A stretch of 64,000 bases of DNA from assembly GCA_032718475.1 (NCBI GenBank), contig JAUCBJ010008109.1, positions 1 to 64,000 on the forward strand. The letters run 5' to 3'. Every line of letters starts with the position of its first letter. The first letter of the stretch is position 1. The notes under the pieces are model-generated. The model saw nothing but the letters and a program-made list of their open reading frames with translations. It searched no databases and had not been told where the DNA came from. Positions 10,032 to 21,800 of the stretch are shown piece after piece. Source of the DNA: Nemertoderma westbladi. Lineage: Eukaryota > Animalia > Xenacoelomorpha. The translations under genes and the position numbers were made by a program.

Positions 10032-10575
10032 GATTTAAGATTTCGCCCTACAACTGAATAATTAATTATCACAGTACCCCTACAGTTTCGAACAGTATAT
10101 ATGAATTATATAATTCTAGAATTCATATTGACCTCAGTTATTCCAACGACAATAGAAACTACCTCACTACTGTATACACAACACTATCACTTTATTCCAA
10201 GTAAATAGAATAATTAATGCACAATGCATGTGTAGGCCTAGTCTGTTCAAGTGGTTATAAACCCCATAAATTGCAAACGTTTTAGACCCCAATAATAATA
10301 CTGAAACTGCTGATTGGGTGGGGAGGTGTACTCATTTAGAGTTTATGGATGAAACTTCTTAAATCATTTCGGTGGAGAGAGGTAGACCCAGGGCCTTCAT
10401 AAAATAACAGGCCTGGACACAGAGCTGCCCTCCAAAAAATAAGAGGCCAAGTAGGAAGTTTTCAAGAATAAAATCATAAAGGATTTACACAAATTGCCAA
10501 TGGAGTTATGTTCTAGAACAAAAATAATTTAATATTTTATTAAATACTTGTTGTGTGTTGTGAAATTTTGAAATT

Positions 10576-11723
10576 ATGGTTAGACACTGCAGTGTCAATA
10601 ACTGTGAAAGTGGGAGTCAGCGGAGTGCATTGAGAACTGTTTTTGATCCACCAAAAAACGTCGAAAAGAGAAAGTTGTAGCAAGAGGCACTACGCGAAAA
10701 TGGTGTAGTGACATTAACTGATAGTATGGGAGTTTGTGAGAACCATTTCATTCCAAGTCATGTGATTGGAACAGGGCAAAGAAAGCGCCTTCATAGAGAT
10801 GCAACACCGTTTTCGTGCCGGGGTAATGTGGGAGCAAGCTCAAATTCATTTGCATCAACTGCAGAGAAGAGAAGACTTGTAAATGAGGGTGAAAGACTAG
10901 ATGCGGAGATCAGAGAGTTTTTGTCAAGTGACATAATAGTGTCCACATCTCAATTCGATGAGGGCGAGCTATCTGAACCAAACAAGCTATTCTATAACTT
11001 AATCCAAAATAATGAAAATGTCGTTCATCTTTTCGGAGAGCATGGTGAAAGTGAAGCTGGTTCTTTAGTCAGTTTAGACAGCAATGGCATGGCGAAAGTT
11101 TTCGTTAACGGTAAGAAAATTACGTTGCCGGGGCACTTGGCAAAATGGGAGAAGATCTCTCGATATAGTGAATTGAATAGTGTGTTAACCTTTGCCAAAG
11201 AAGTCGAATGGAATGAAATACATAATGCTACAATAGAAAGCGTTGTGAAAGACCTACAGGGACTTTCAGATAAGGTAGTTGATGAAAAGCAAAGTAAGTT
11301 ATTTCGATTTTGAACTAACTAACTGAACTAACTGACAATGACGTAACAATTTACCTCGATAAGTCATTTCAATATACTACGATGATTGACAGAGGAATAC
11401 TCACTGTTCCTTGTAAGTGGCTTGTATTATAAGTTTCATGATGTCTCGCAAGCCTAAAGCTGTTGATGACTGAAGCAAGTACACGAAATAAATTCCTGTC
11501 CAGTAGAGCACCACGGAAATTATTAGTTGCATTATTTGGACAGCTGCTCGGCATGTCAAAGTGTAAAAGTGGTCACAAAATGGGTGAGGGAACATCGTTG
11601 CAGCGCCGGCTGTCTAATATTCTTCTCAATAATTTCAGAAAAAACGTCACAAACGAATCAACAAAACGGAAAAAGCAGATAGCTGACGACAAAAAACTCA
11701 AAAAGTTGAAAAGTGTTGGATGA
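10576..11723 (+). pseudogene. THAP-domain transposase remnant lacking the catalytic core
   Basis: From ATG 10576: MVRHCSVNNC...VFDPP...RKL*QEAL...VCENHF...RKRLHRDATP, a C2CH THAP zinc finger with the conserved Trp codon mutated to TAG (10678-10680). After 11340: IDRGILTVP (resembles the RGGLxxP motif) with two stops, then NILLNNFRK...KKLKKL, resembling P-transposase C-termini. Confidence 0.75.
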
Positions 11724-11927
11724 TGGAACTATTTACGTCAACATTTTACAAACATGATCGAAATACTAATTCTTTTTGTATAATTTATCTATGAAACGCA
11801 ATCTTTAATTTCAGTTCAGAAAATAAAGTAAATGTTTAATTAATCATTCACGTAATATCAATAAATTATTATCAGATATTAATGGTATCATCAATAAAAA
11901 GTTAGCTTACTTTATAACGAAATGGCT

Positions 11928-11967
11928 TTATATATAGATAGATATAGATATATAGATAGATATAGAT
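11928..11967. repeat. (GATATA/GATA)n microsatellite
   Basis: TATATATAGATAGATATAGATATATAGATAGATATAGAT. Confidence 0.85.
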
Positions 11968-12015
11968 GTATAGGCTACTGTATATAGCTTACAGATAACG
12001 AAAAAGAGCCCTTAC

Positions 12016-12321
12016 TTACCCGTTGCTAGGGCGAAAGTCATACCCGATATAGTGGGGTGGGTGTTGGTCACATAGCCCCAAACTTGTTAGTTCAGCCGTT
12101 GCTAAGGAGAAAATCTATGTTGCTATGGTAACTGACTTAAAAATGTGTCCATTAAACTCCCCATACACGATATAGTACTGATTTCTGTTGATCCAATGGC
12201 CACAAAGTTGTTTGTTTACCCATTGCTAAGGAGAAAGTCACTGTTGCTATGGTAACTGTGACTTAAAAATGTGTCCATTAAATTCCCCATACACGATATA
12301 GTACTGATATGTGTTGGTCCC
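12016..12321. repeat. Subterminal direct repeats of the transposon (~124-bp period, 2 full copies plus 1 partial)
   Basis: TTGCTAAGGAGAAA...GTTGCTATGGTAACTG...ACTTAAAAATGTGTCCATTAAA.TCCCCATACACGATATAGTACTGAT at ~12099-12182 and ~12223-12308. A partial copy starts at ~12016. Confidence 0.88.
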
Positions 12322-12625
12322 ATGATCATAGAGTGAAATGAAGTAACACTTCCTACTTGGCCTCTTATTTTTTTGAGGGCAGCTCTGTGTCCAGGCCTCC
12401 TGATCCCAAATAATCTTTATATTAATAAAATTCAAGAATTCCTTGAATATTTCTTACAATATATAATATGTTAGTATATTGACGATTAATATTAATTCCT
12501 ATAAGTAATATTATTTACCAACATCACACCGTCTAAGCTACAACACAATAATGAGACCTAAAATATAAACCTATAAATACATATTTAGTAAAAAACACAT
12601 TGTAGTTTGAAATACAACTTTAGCC

Positions 12626-12807
12626 TTATTCAATATCATCATCGTATTCGTCAACCCCCCAACCCGAACCAACGTCTTCTTCGGAATTGATATCATCATC
12701 ATTAAATTCTCCATCAATCATCTCTGCATTGGAATTAACAATATTGTTGGTGACTTTTTTTAATGTTTCAGAAGTTATTACATTACCATCTATTTCTGTT
12801 ATATCAT
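12626..12807 (-). CDS. Probable terminal coding exon (acidic C-terminal tail) of a spliced minus-strand gene
   Basis: On the minus strand a branch-like ACTAAT and TATTTTTCAG acceptor (AG at 12809-12808) precede a phase-1 exon: DITEIDGNVITSETLKKVTNNIVNSNAEMIDGEFNDDDINSEEDVGSGWGVDEYDDDIE* (TAA 12628-12626). An in-frame stop lies just upstream of the acceptor. Confidence 0.62.
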
Positions 12808-12894
12808 CTGAAAAATATTAGTTGTAATATTTAAATAATCTAGCGAAATAATTAGGTGTAGGTCAAATTTAAACAAAAGCTATACATTCGGTTG

Positions 12895-15800
12895 ATGGAA
12901 GTAAAACAAAAGTATAGACTCACAGTTACAATGGATGTAAAACAAAGGGATGGATAGACTCACAGTTACAATGGATGTAAAACAAAGGGATGGATAGACT
13001 CATAGTTACAATGGATGTTAAACAAAGGGATAGACTCACAGTTACAATGGATGTAAAACAAAGGGATGGACTCACAGTTATAATGGATGTAAAACAAAGG
13101 GATGGACTCACAGTTACAATGGATGTTAAACAAAGGGATGGACTCACAGTTACAATGGAGTGGATGTTAAACAAAGGGATGGACTCACAGTTACAATGGA
13201 TGTTAAACAAAGGGATAGACTCACAGTTACAATGGATGTTAAACAAAGGGATGGACTCACAGTTACAATGGATGTAAAACAAAGGGATGGACTCACAGTT
13301 ACAATGGATGTTAAACAAAGGGATAGACTCACAGTTACAATGGATGTAAAACAAAGGGATGGATAGACTCACAGTTACAATGGATGTAAAACAAAGGGAT
13401 GGATAGACTCATAGTTACAATGGATGTAAAACAAAGGGATGGACTCACAGTTACAATGGATGTTAAACAAAGGGATGGACTCACAGTTACAATGGATGTT
13501 AAACAAATGGATGGACTCACAGTTACAATGGATGTAAAACAAAGGGATGGATAGACTCACAGTTACAATGGATGTAAAACAAAGGGATGGATAGACTCAT
13601 AGTTACAATGGATGTAAAACAAAGGGATAGACTCACAGTTACAATGGATGTAAAACAAAGGGATGGACTCACAGTTACAATGGATGTAAAACAAAGGGAT
13701 AGACTCACAGTTACAATGGATGTAAAACAAAGGGATAGACTCACAGTTACAATGGATGTAAAACAAAGGGATGGATAGACTCATAGTTACAATGGATGTA
13801 AAACAAAGGGATAGACTCACAGTTACAATGGATGTAAAACAAAGGGATGGACTCACAGTTACAATGGATGTAAAACAAAGGGATAGACTCACAGTTACAA
13901 TGGATGTAAAACAAAGGGATAGACTCACAGTTACAATGGATGTAAAACAAAGGGATAGACTCACAGTTACAATGGATGTAAAACAAAGGGATGGACTCAC
14001 AGTTACAATGGATGTAAAACAAAGGGATAGACTCACAGTTACAATGGATGTAAAACAAAGGGATAGACTCACAGTTACAATGGATGTAAAACAAAGGGAT
14101 AGACTCACAGTTACAATAGATGTAAAACAAAGGGATGGATAGACTCACAGTTACAATGGATGTAAAACAAAGGGATGGATAGACTCACAGTTACAATGGA
14201 TGTAAAACAAAGGGATGGACTCACAGTTACAATGGATGTTAAACAAAGGGATGGACTCACAGTTACAATGGATGTAAAACAAAGGGATGGACTCACAGTT
14301 ACAATGGATGTTAAACAAAGGGATGGACTCACAGTTACAATGAATGTTAAACAAAGGGATGGACTCACAGTTACAATGGATGTTAAACAAAGGGATGGAC
14401 TCACAGTTACAATGGATGTAAAACAAAGGGATAGACTCACAGTTACAATAGATTTTAAACAAAGGGATGGACTCACAGTTACAATGGATGTAAAACAAAG
14501 GGATAGACTCATAGTTACAATGGATGTAAAACAAAGGGATGGATAGACTCACAGTTACAATGGATGTAAAACAAATGGATGGACTCACAGTTACAATGGA
14601 TGTTAAACAAAGGGATGGACTCACAGTTACAATGGATGTAAAACAAAGGGATAGACTCATAGTTACAATGGATGTAAAACAAAGGGATGGACTCACAGTT
14701 ACAATGGATGTAAAACAAAGGGATAGACTCATAGTTACAATGGATGTAAAACAAAGGGATGGATAGACTCACAGTTACAATGGATGTAAAACAAAGGGAT
14801 GGACTCACAGTTACAATGGATGTAAAACAAAGGGATGGACTCACAGTTACAATGGATGTTAAACAAAGGGATGGATAGACTCACAGTTACAATGGATGTA
14901 AAACAAAGGGATGGACTCACAGTTACAATGGATGTTAAACAAAGGGATGGACTCACAGTTACAATGGATGTAAAACAAAGGGATGGACTCACAGTTACAA
15001 TGGATGTTAAACAAAGGGATGGACTCACAGTTACAATGAATGTTAAACAAAGGGATGGACTCACAGTTACAATGGATGTTAAACAAAGGGATGGACTCAC
15101 AGTTACAATGGATGTAAAACAAAGGGATAGACTCACAGTTACAATAGATTTTAAACAAAGGGATGGGCTCACAGTTACAATGGATGTAAAACAAAGGGAT
15201 AGACTCATAGTTACAATGGATGTAAAACAAAGGGATGGACTCACAGTTACAATGGATGTAAAACAAATGGATGGACTCACAGTTACAATGGATGTTAAAC
15301 AAAGGGATGGACTCACAGTTACAATGGATGTAAAACAAAGGGATAGACTCATAGTTACAATGGATGTAAAACAAAGGGATGGACTCACAGTTACAATGGA
15401 TGTAAAACAAAGGGATGGACTCACAGGTACAATGGATGTAAAACAAAGGGATGGATAGACTCACAGTTACAATGGATGTTAAACAAAGGGATGGACTCAC
15501 AGTTACAATGGATGTTAAACAAAGGGATGGACTCACAGTTACAATGGATGTTAAACAAAGGGATGGATAGACTCACAGTTACAATGGATGTAAAACAAAG
15601 GGATGGACTCACAGTTACAATGGATGTAAAACAAAGGGATGGACTCACAGTTACAATGGATGTTAAACAAAGGGATGGATAGACTCACAGTTACAATGGA
15701 TGTAAAACAAAGGGATGGACTCACAGTTACAATGGATGTAAAACAAAGGGATGGATAGACTCATAGTTACAATGGATGTAAAACAAAGGGATGGACTCAC

Positions 15801-18800
15801 AGTTATAATGGATGTTAAACAAAGGGATAGACTCACAGTTACAATGGATGTTAAACAAAGGGATGGACTCACAGTTACAATGGATGTTAAACAAAGGGAT
15901 GGATAGACTCATAGTTACAATGGATGTAAAACAAAGGGATGGACTCATAGTTACAATGGATGTAAAACAAAGGGATGGATAGACTCATAGTTACAATGGA
16001 TGTAAAACAAAGGGATGGACTCACAGTTACAATGGATGTTAAACAAAGGGATGGACTCACAGTTACAATGGATGTTAAACAAAGGGATAGACTCACAGTT
16101 ACAATGGATGTTAAACAAAGGGATGGATAGACTCACAGTTACAATGGATGTTAAACAAAGGGATGGATAGACTCACAGTTACAATGGATGTTAAACAAAG
16201 GGATGGATAGACTCACAGTTACAATGGATGTAAAACAAAGGGATGGATAGACTCACAGTTACAATGGATGTTAAACAAAGGGATGGACTCACAGTTACAA
16301 TGGATGTTAAACAAAGGGATGGATAGACTCATAGTTACAATGGATGTAAAACAAAGGGATGGATAGACTCATAGTTACAATGGATGTAAAACAAAGGGAT
16401 GGATAGACTCATAGTTACAATGGATGTAAAACAAAGGGATGGATAGACTCATAGTTACAATGGATGTAAAACAAAGGGATGGATAGACTCACAGTTACAA
16501 TGGATGTTAAACAAAGGGATGGACTCACAGTTACAATGGATGTTAAACAAAGGGATAGACTCACAGTTACAATGGATGTTAAACAAAGGGATAGACTCAC
16601 AGTTACAATGGATGTTAAACAAAGGGATGGATAGACTCACAGTTACAATGGATGTAAAACAAAGGGATGGATAGACTCATAGTTACAATGGATGTAAAAC
16701 AAAGGGATGGATAGACTCACAGTTACAATGGATGTTAAACAAAGGGATGGACTCACAGTTACAATGGATGTTAAACAAAGGGATAGACTCACAGTTACAA
16801 TGGATGTTAAACAAAGGGATGGATAGACTCACAGTTACAATGGATGTAAAACAAAGGGATGGATAGACTCATAGTTACAATGGATGTAAAACAAAGGGAT
16901 GGACTCACAGTTACAATAGATTGCATGTAAAACAAAGGGATGGATAGACTCACAGTTACAATGGATGTAAAACAAAGGGATGGATAGACTCACAGTTACA
17001 ATGGATGTTAAACAAAGGGATAGACTCACAGTTACAATGGATGTTAAACAAAGGGATGGATAGACTCACAGTTACAATGGATGTAAAACAAAGGGATGGA
17101 CTCACAGTTACAATGGATGTAAAACAAAGGGATGGATAGACTCACAGTTACAATGGATGTTAAACAAAGGGATAGACTCACAGTTACAATGGATGTAAAA
17201 CAAAGGGATGGATAGACTCACAGTTACAATGGATGTTAAACAAAGGGATAGACTCACAGTTACAATGGATGTTAAACAAAGGGATGGATAGACTCACAGT
17301 TACAATGGATGTAAAACAAAGGGATGGATAGACTCATAGTTACAATGGATGTAAAACAAAGGGATAGACTCACAGTTACAATGGATGTTAAACAAAGGGA
17401 TGGATAGACTCACAGTTACAATGGATGTAAAACAAAGGGATGGATAGACTCATAGTTACAATGGATGTAAAACAAAGGGATAGACTCACAGTTACAATGG
17501 ATGTTAAACAAAGGGATAGACTCACAGTTACAATGGAGTGGATGTTAAACAAAGGGATGGACTCACAGTTACAATGGATGTTAAACAAAGGGATAGACTC
17601 ACAGTTACAATGGAGTGGATGTTAAACAAAGGGATGGACTCACAGTTACAATGGATGTAAAACAAAGGGATGGACTCACAGTTACAATGGATGTAAAACA
17701 AAGGGATGGATAGACTCACAGTTACAATGGAGTGGATGTTAAACAAAGGGATGGACTCACAGTTACAATGGAGTGGATGTTAAACAAAGGGATAGACTCA
17801 CAGTTACAATAGATTGCATGTAAAACAAAGGGATGGATAGACTCACAGTTACAATGGATGTAAAACAAAGGGATGGATAGACTCACAGTTACAATGGATG
17901 TTAAACAAAGGGATGGACTCACAGTTACAATGGAGTGGATGTTAAACAAAGGGATAGACTCACAGTTACAATAGATTGCATGTAAAACAAAGGGATGGAT
18001 AGACTCACAGTTACAATGGATGTAAAACAAAGGGATGGATAGACTCACAGTTACAATGGATGTTAAACAAAGGGATGGACTCACAGTTACAATGGAGTGG
18101 ATGTTAAACAAAGGGATAGACTCACAGTTACAATGGAGTGGATGTTAAACAAAGGGATGGACTCACAGTTACAATGGATGTTAAACAAAGGGATAGACTC
18201 ACAGTTACAATGGAGTGGATGTTAAACAAAGGGATGGACTCACAGTTACAATGGAGTGGATGTTAAACAAAGGGATGGACTCACAGTTACAATGGATGTT
18301 AAACAAAGGGATGGACTCACAGTTACAATGGAGTGGATGTTAAACAAAGGGATGGACTCACAGTTACAATGGATGTTAAACAAAGGGATAGACTCACAGT
18401 TACAATGGAGTGGATGTTAAACAAAGGGATGGACTCACAGTTACAATGGATGTAAAACAAAGGGATGGACTCACAGTTACAATGGATGTAAAACAAAGGG
18501 ATGGACTCACAGTTACAATGGAGTGGATGTTAAACAAAGGGATGGACTCACAGTTACAATGGAGTGGATGTTAAACAAAGGGATAGACTCACAGTTACAA
18601 TAGATTGCATGTAAAACAAAGGGATGGATAGACTCACAGTTACAATGGATGTAAAACAAAGGGATGGATAGACTCACAGTTACAATGGATGTTAAACAAA
18701 GGGATGGACTCACAGTTACAATGGAGTGGATGTTAAACAAAGGGATGGACTCACAGTTACAATGGAGTGGATGTTAAACAAAGGGATGGACTCACAGTTA

Positions 18801-21800
18801 CAATGGATGTTAAACAAAGGGATGGACTCACAGTTACAATGGATGTTAAACAAAGGGATGGACTCACAGTTACAATGGATGTTAAACAAAGGGATGGACT
18901 CACAGTTACAATGGAGTGGATGTTAAACAAAGGGATGGACTCACAGTTACAATGGATGTTAAACAAAGGGATAGACTCACAGTTACATGGAGTGGATGTT
19001 AAACAAAGGGATGGACTCACAGTTACAATGGATGTAAAACAAAGGGATGGACTCACAGTTACAATGGATGTAAAACAAAGGGATGGACTCACAGTTACAA
19101 TGGAGTGGATGTTAAACAAAGGGATGGACTCACAGTTACAATGGAGTGGATGTTAAACAAAGGGATAGACTCACAGTTACAATAGATTGCATGTAAAACA
19201 AAGGGATGGATAGACTCACAGTTACAATGGATGTAAAACAAAGGGATGGATAGACTCACAGTTACAATGGATGTTAAACAAAGGGATGGACTCACAGTTA
19301 CAATGGAGTGGATGTTAAACAAAGGGATGGACTCACAGTTACAATGGAGTGGATGTTAAACAAAGGGATGGACTCACAGTTACAATGGATGTTAAACAAA
19401 GGGATAGACTCACAGTTACAATGGATGTTAAACAAAGGGATGGATAGACTCACAGTTACAATGGATGTAAAACAAAGGGATGGATAGACTCATAGTTACA
19501 ATGGATGTAAAACAAAGGGATGGACTCACAGTTACAATAGATTGCATGTAAAACAAAGGGATGGATAGACTCACAGTTACAATGGATGTAAAACAAAGGG
19601 ATGGATAGACTCACAGTTACAATGGATGTTAAACAAAGGGATAGACTCACAGTTACAATGGATGTTAAACAAAGGGATGGATAGACTCACAGTTACAATG
19701 GATGTAAAACAAAGGGATGGACTCACAGTTACAATGGATGTAAAACAAAGGGATGGATAGACTCACAGTTACAATGGATGTTAAACAAAGGGATAGACTC
19801 ACAGTTACAATGGATGTAAAACAAAGGGATGGATAGACTCACAGTTACAATGGATGTTAAACAAAGGGATGAGACTCACAGTTACAATGGATGTTAAACA
19901 AAGGGATGGATAGACTCACAGTTACAATGGATGTAAAACAAAGGGATGGATAGACTCACAGTTACAATGGATGTAAAACAAAGGGATAGACTCACAGTTA
20001 CAATGGATGTTAAACAAAGGGATGGATAGACTCACAGTTACAATGGATGTAAAACAAAGGGATGGATAGACTCATAGTTACAATGGATGTAAAACAAAGG
20101 GATAGACTCACAGTTACAATGGATGTTAAACAAAGGGATAGACTCACAGTTACAATGGATGTAAAACAAAGGGATGGATAGACTCACAGTTACAATGGAT
20201 GTTAAACAAAGGGATAGACTCACAGTTACAATGGATGTTAAACAAAGGGATGGATAGACTCACAGTTACAATGGATGTAAAACAAAGGGATGGATAGACT
20301 CATAGTTACAATGGATGTAAAACAAAGGGATAGACTCACAGTTACAATGGATGTTAAACAAAGGGATGGATAGACTCACAGTTACAATGGATGTAAAACA
20401 AAGGGATGGATAGACTCACAGTTACAATGGATGTAAAACAAAGGGATGGATAGACTCATAGTTACAATGGATGTAAAACAAAGGGATGGATAGACTCACA
20501 GTTACAATGGATGTTAAACAAAGGGATGGACTCACAGTTACAATGGATGTTAAACAAAGGGATAGACTCACAGTTACAATGGATGTTAAACAAAGGGATG
20601 GATAGACTCACAGTTACAATGGATGTAAAACAAAGGGATGGATAGACTCATAGTTACAATGGATGTAAAACAAAGGGATGGACTCACAGTTACAATAGAT
20701 TGCATGTAAAACAAAGGGATGGATAGACTCACAGTTACAATGGATGTAAAACAAAGGGATGGATAGACTCACAGTTACAATGGATGTTAAACAAAGGGAT
20801 AGACTCACAGTTACAATGGATGTTAAACAAAGGGATGGATAGACTCACAGTTACAATGGATGTAAAACAAAGGGATGGACTCACAGTTACAATGGATGTA
20901 AAACAAAGGGATGGATAGACTCACAGTTACAATGGATGTTAAACAAAGGGATAGACTCACAGTTACAATGGATGTAAAACAAAGGGATGGATAGACTCAC
21001 AGTTACAATGGATGTTAAACAAAGGGATAGACTCACAGTTACAATGGATGTTAAACAAAGGGATGGATAGACTCACAGTTACAATGGATGTAAAACAAAG
21101 GGATGGATAGACTCATAGTTACAATGGATGTAAAACAAAGGGATAGACTCACAGTTACAATGGATGTTAAACAAAGGGATGGATAGACTCACAGTTACAA
21201 TGGATGTAAAACAAAGGGATGGATAGACTCATAGTTACAATGGATGTAAAACAAAGGGATAGACTCACAGTTACAATGGATGTTAAACAAAGGGATAGAC
21301 TCACAGTTACAATGGAGTGGATGTTAAACAAAGGGATGGACTCACAGTTACAATGGATGTTAAACAAAGGGATGGACTCATAGTTACAATGGATGTAAAA
21401 CAAAGGGATGGACTCACAGTTACAATGGATGTTAAACAAAGGGATAGACTCACAGTTACAATGGATGTAAAACAAAGGGATGGATAGACTCACAGTTACA
21501 ATGGATGTTAAACAAAGGGATAGACTCACAGTTACAATGGATGTAAAACAAAGGGATGGATAGACTCATAGTTACAATGGATGTAAAACAAAGGGATAGA
21601 CTCACAGTTACAATGGATGTTAAACAAAGGGATAGACTCACAGTTACAATGGAGTGGATGTTAAACAAAGGGATGGACTCACAGTTACAATGGATGTAAA
21701 ACAAAGGGATGGACTCACAGTTACAATGGATTGCATGTAAAACAAAGGGATGGACTCACAGTTACAATGGATGTAAAACAAAGGGATGGACTCACAGTTA

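Larger units (their letters stand above)
10409..12398 (+). mobile_element. Non-autonomous, internally deleted THAP-transposase DNA transposon (P-element-like)
   Basis: Inverted repeats of 51 bp with 1 mismatch: AGGCCTGGACACAGAGCTGCCCTC...GTAGGAAGT at 10409-10459 and its reverse complement at 12348-12398. They enclose THAP and transposase C-terminal remnants. The exact ends and target-site duplication are not resolved. Confidence 0.8.

Noticed and set aside
9661-10038. Plus-strand ORFs opposite the 181-aa gene
   Set aside because: They have non-ATG starts and are antisense shadows of the better-supported minus-strand ORF.
10400-12415. An 8-bp target-site duplication for the DNA transposon
   Set aside because: No clean direct repeat flanks the inverted repeats. 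AAATAA occurs on both sides but is offset on the right, and AGGCCT is palindromic and so ambiguous.
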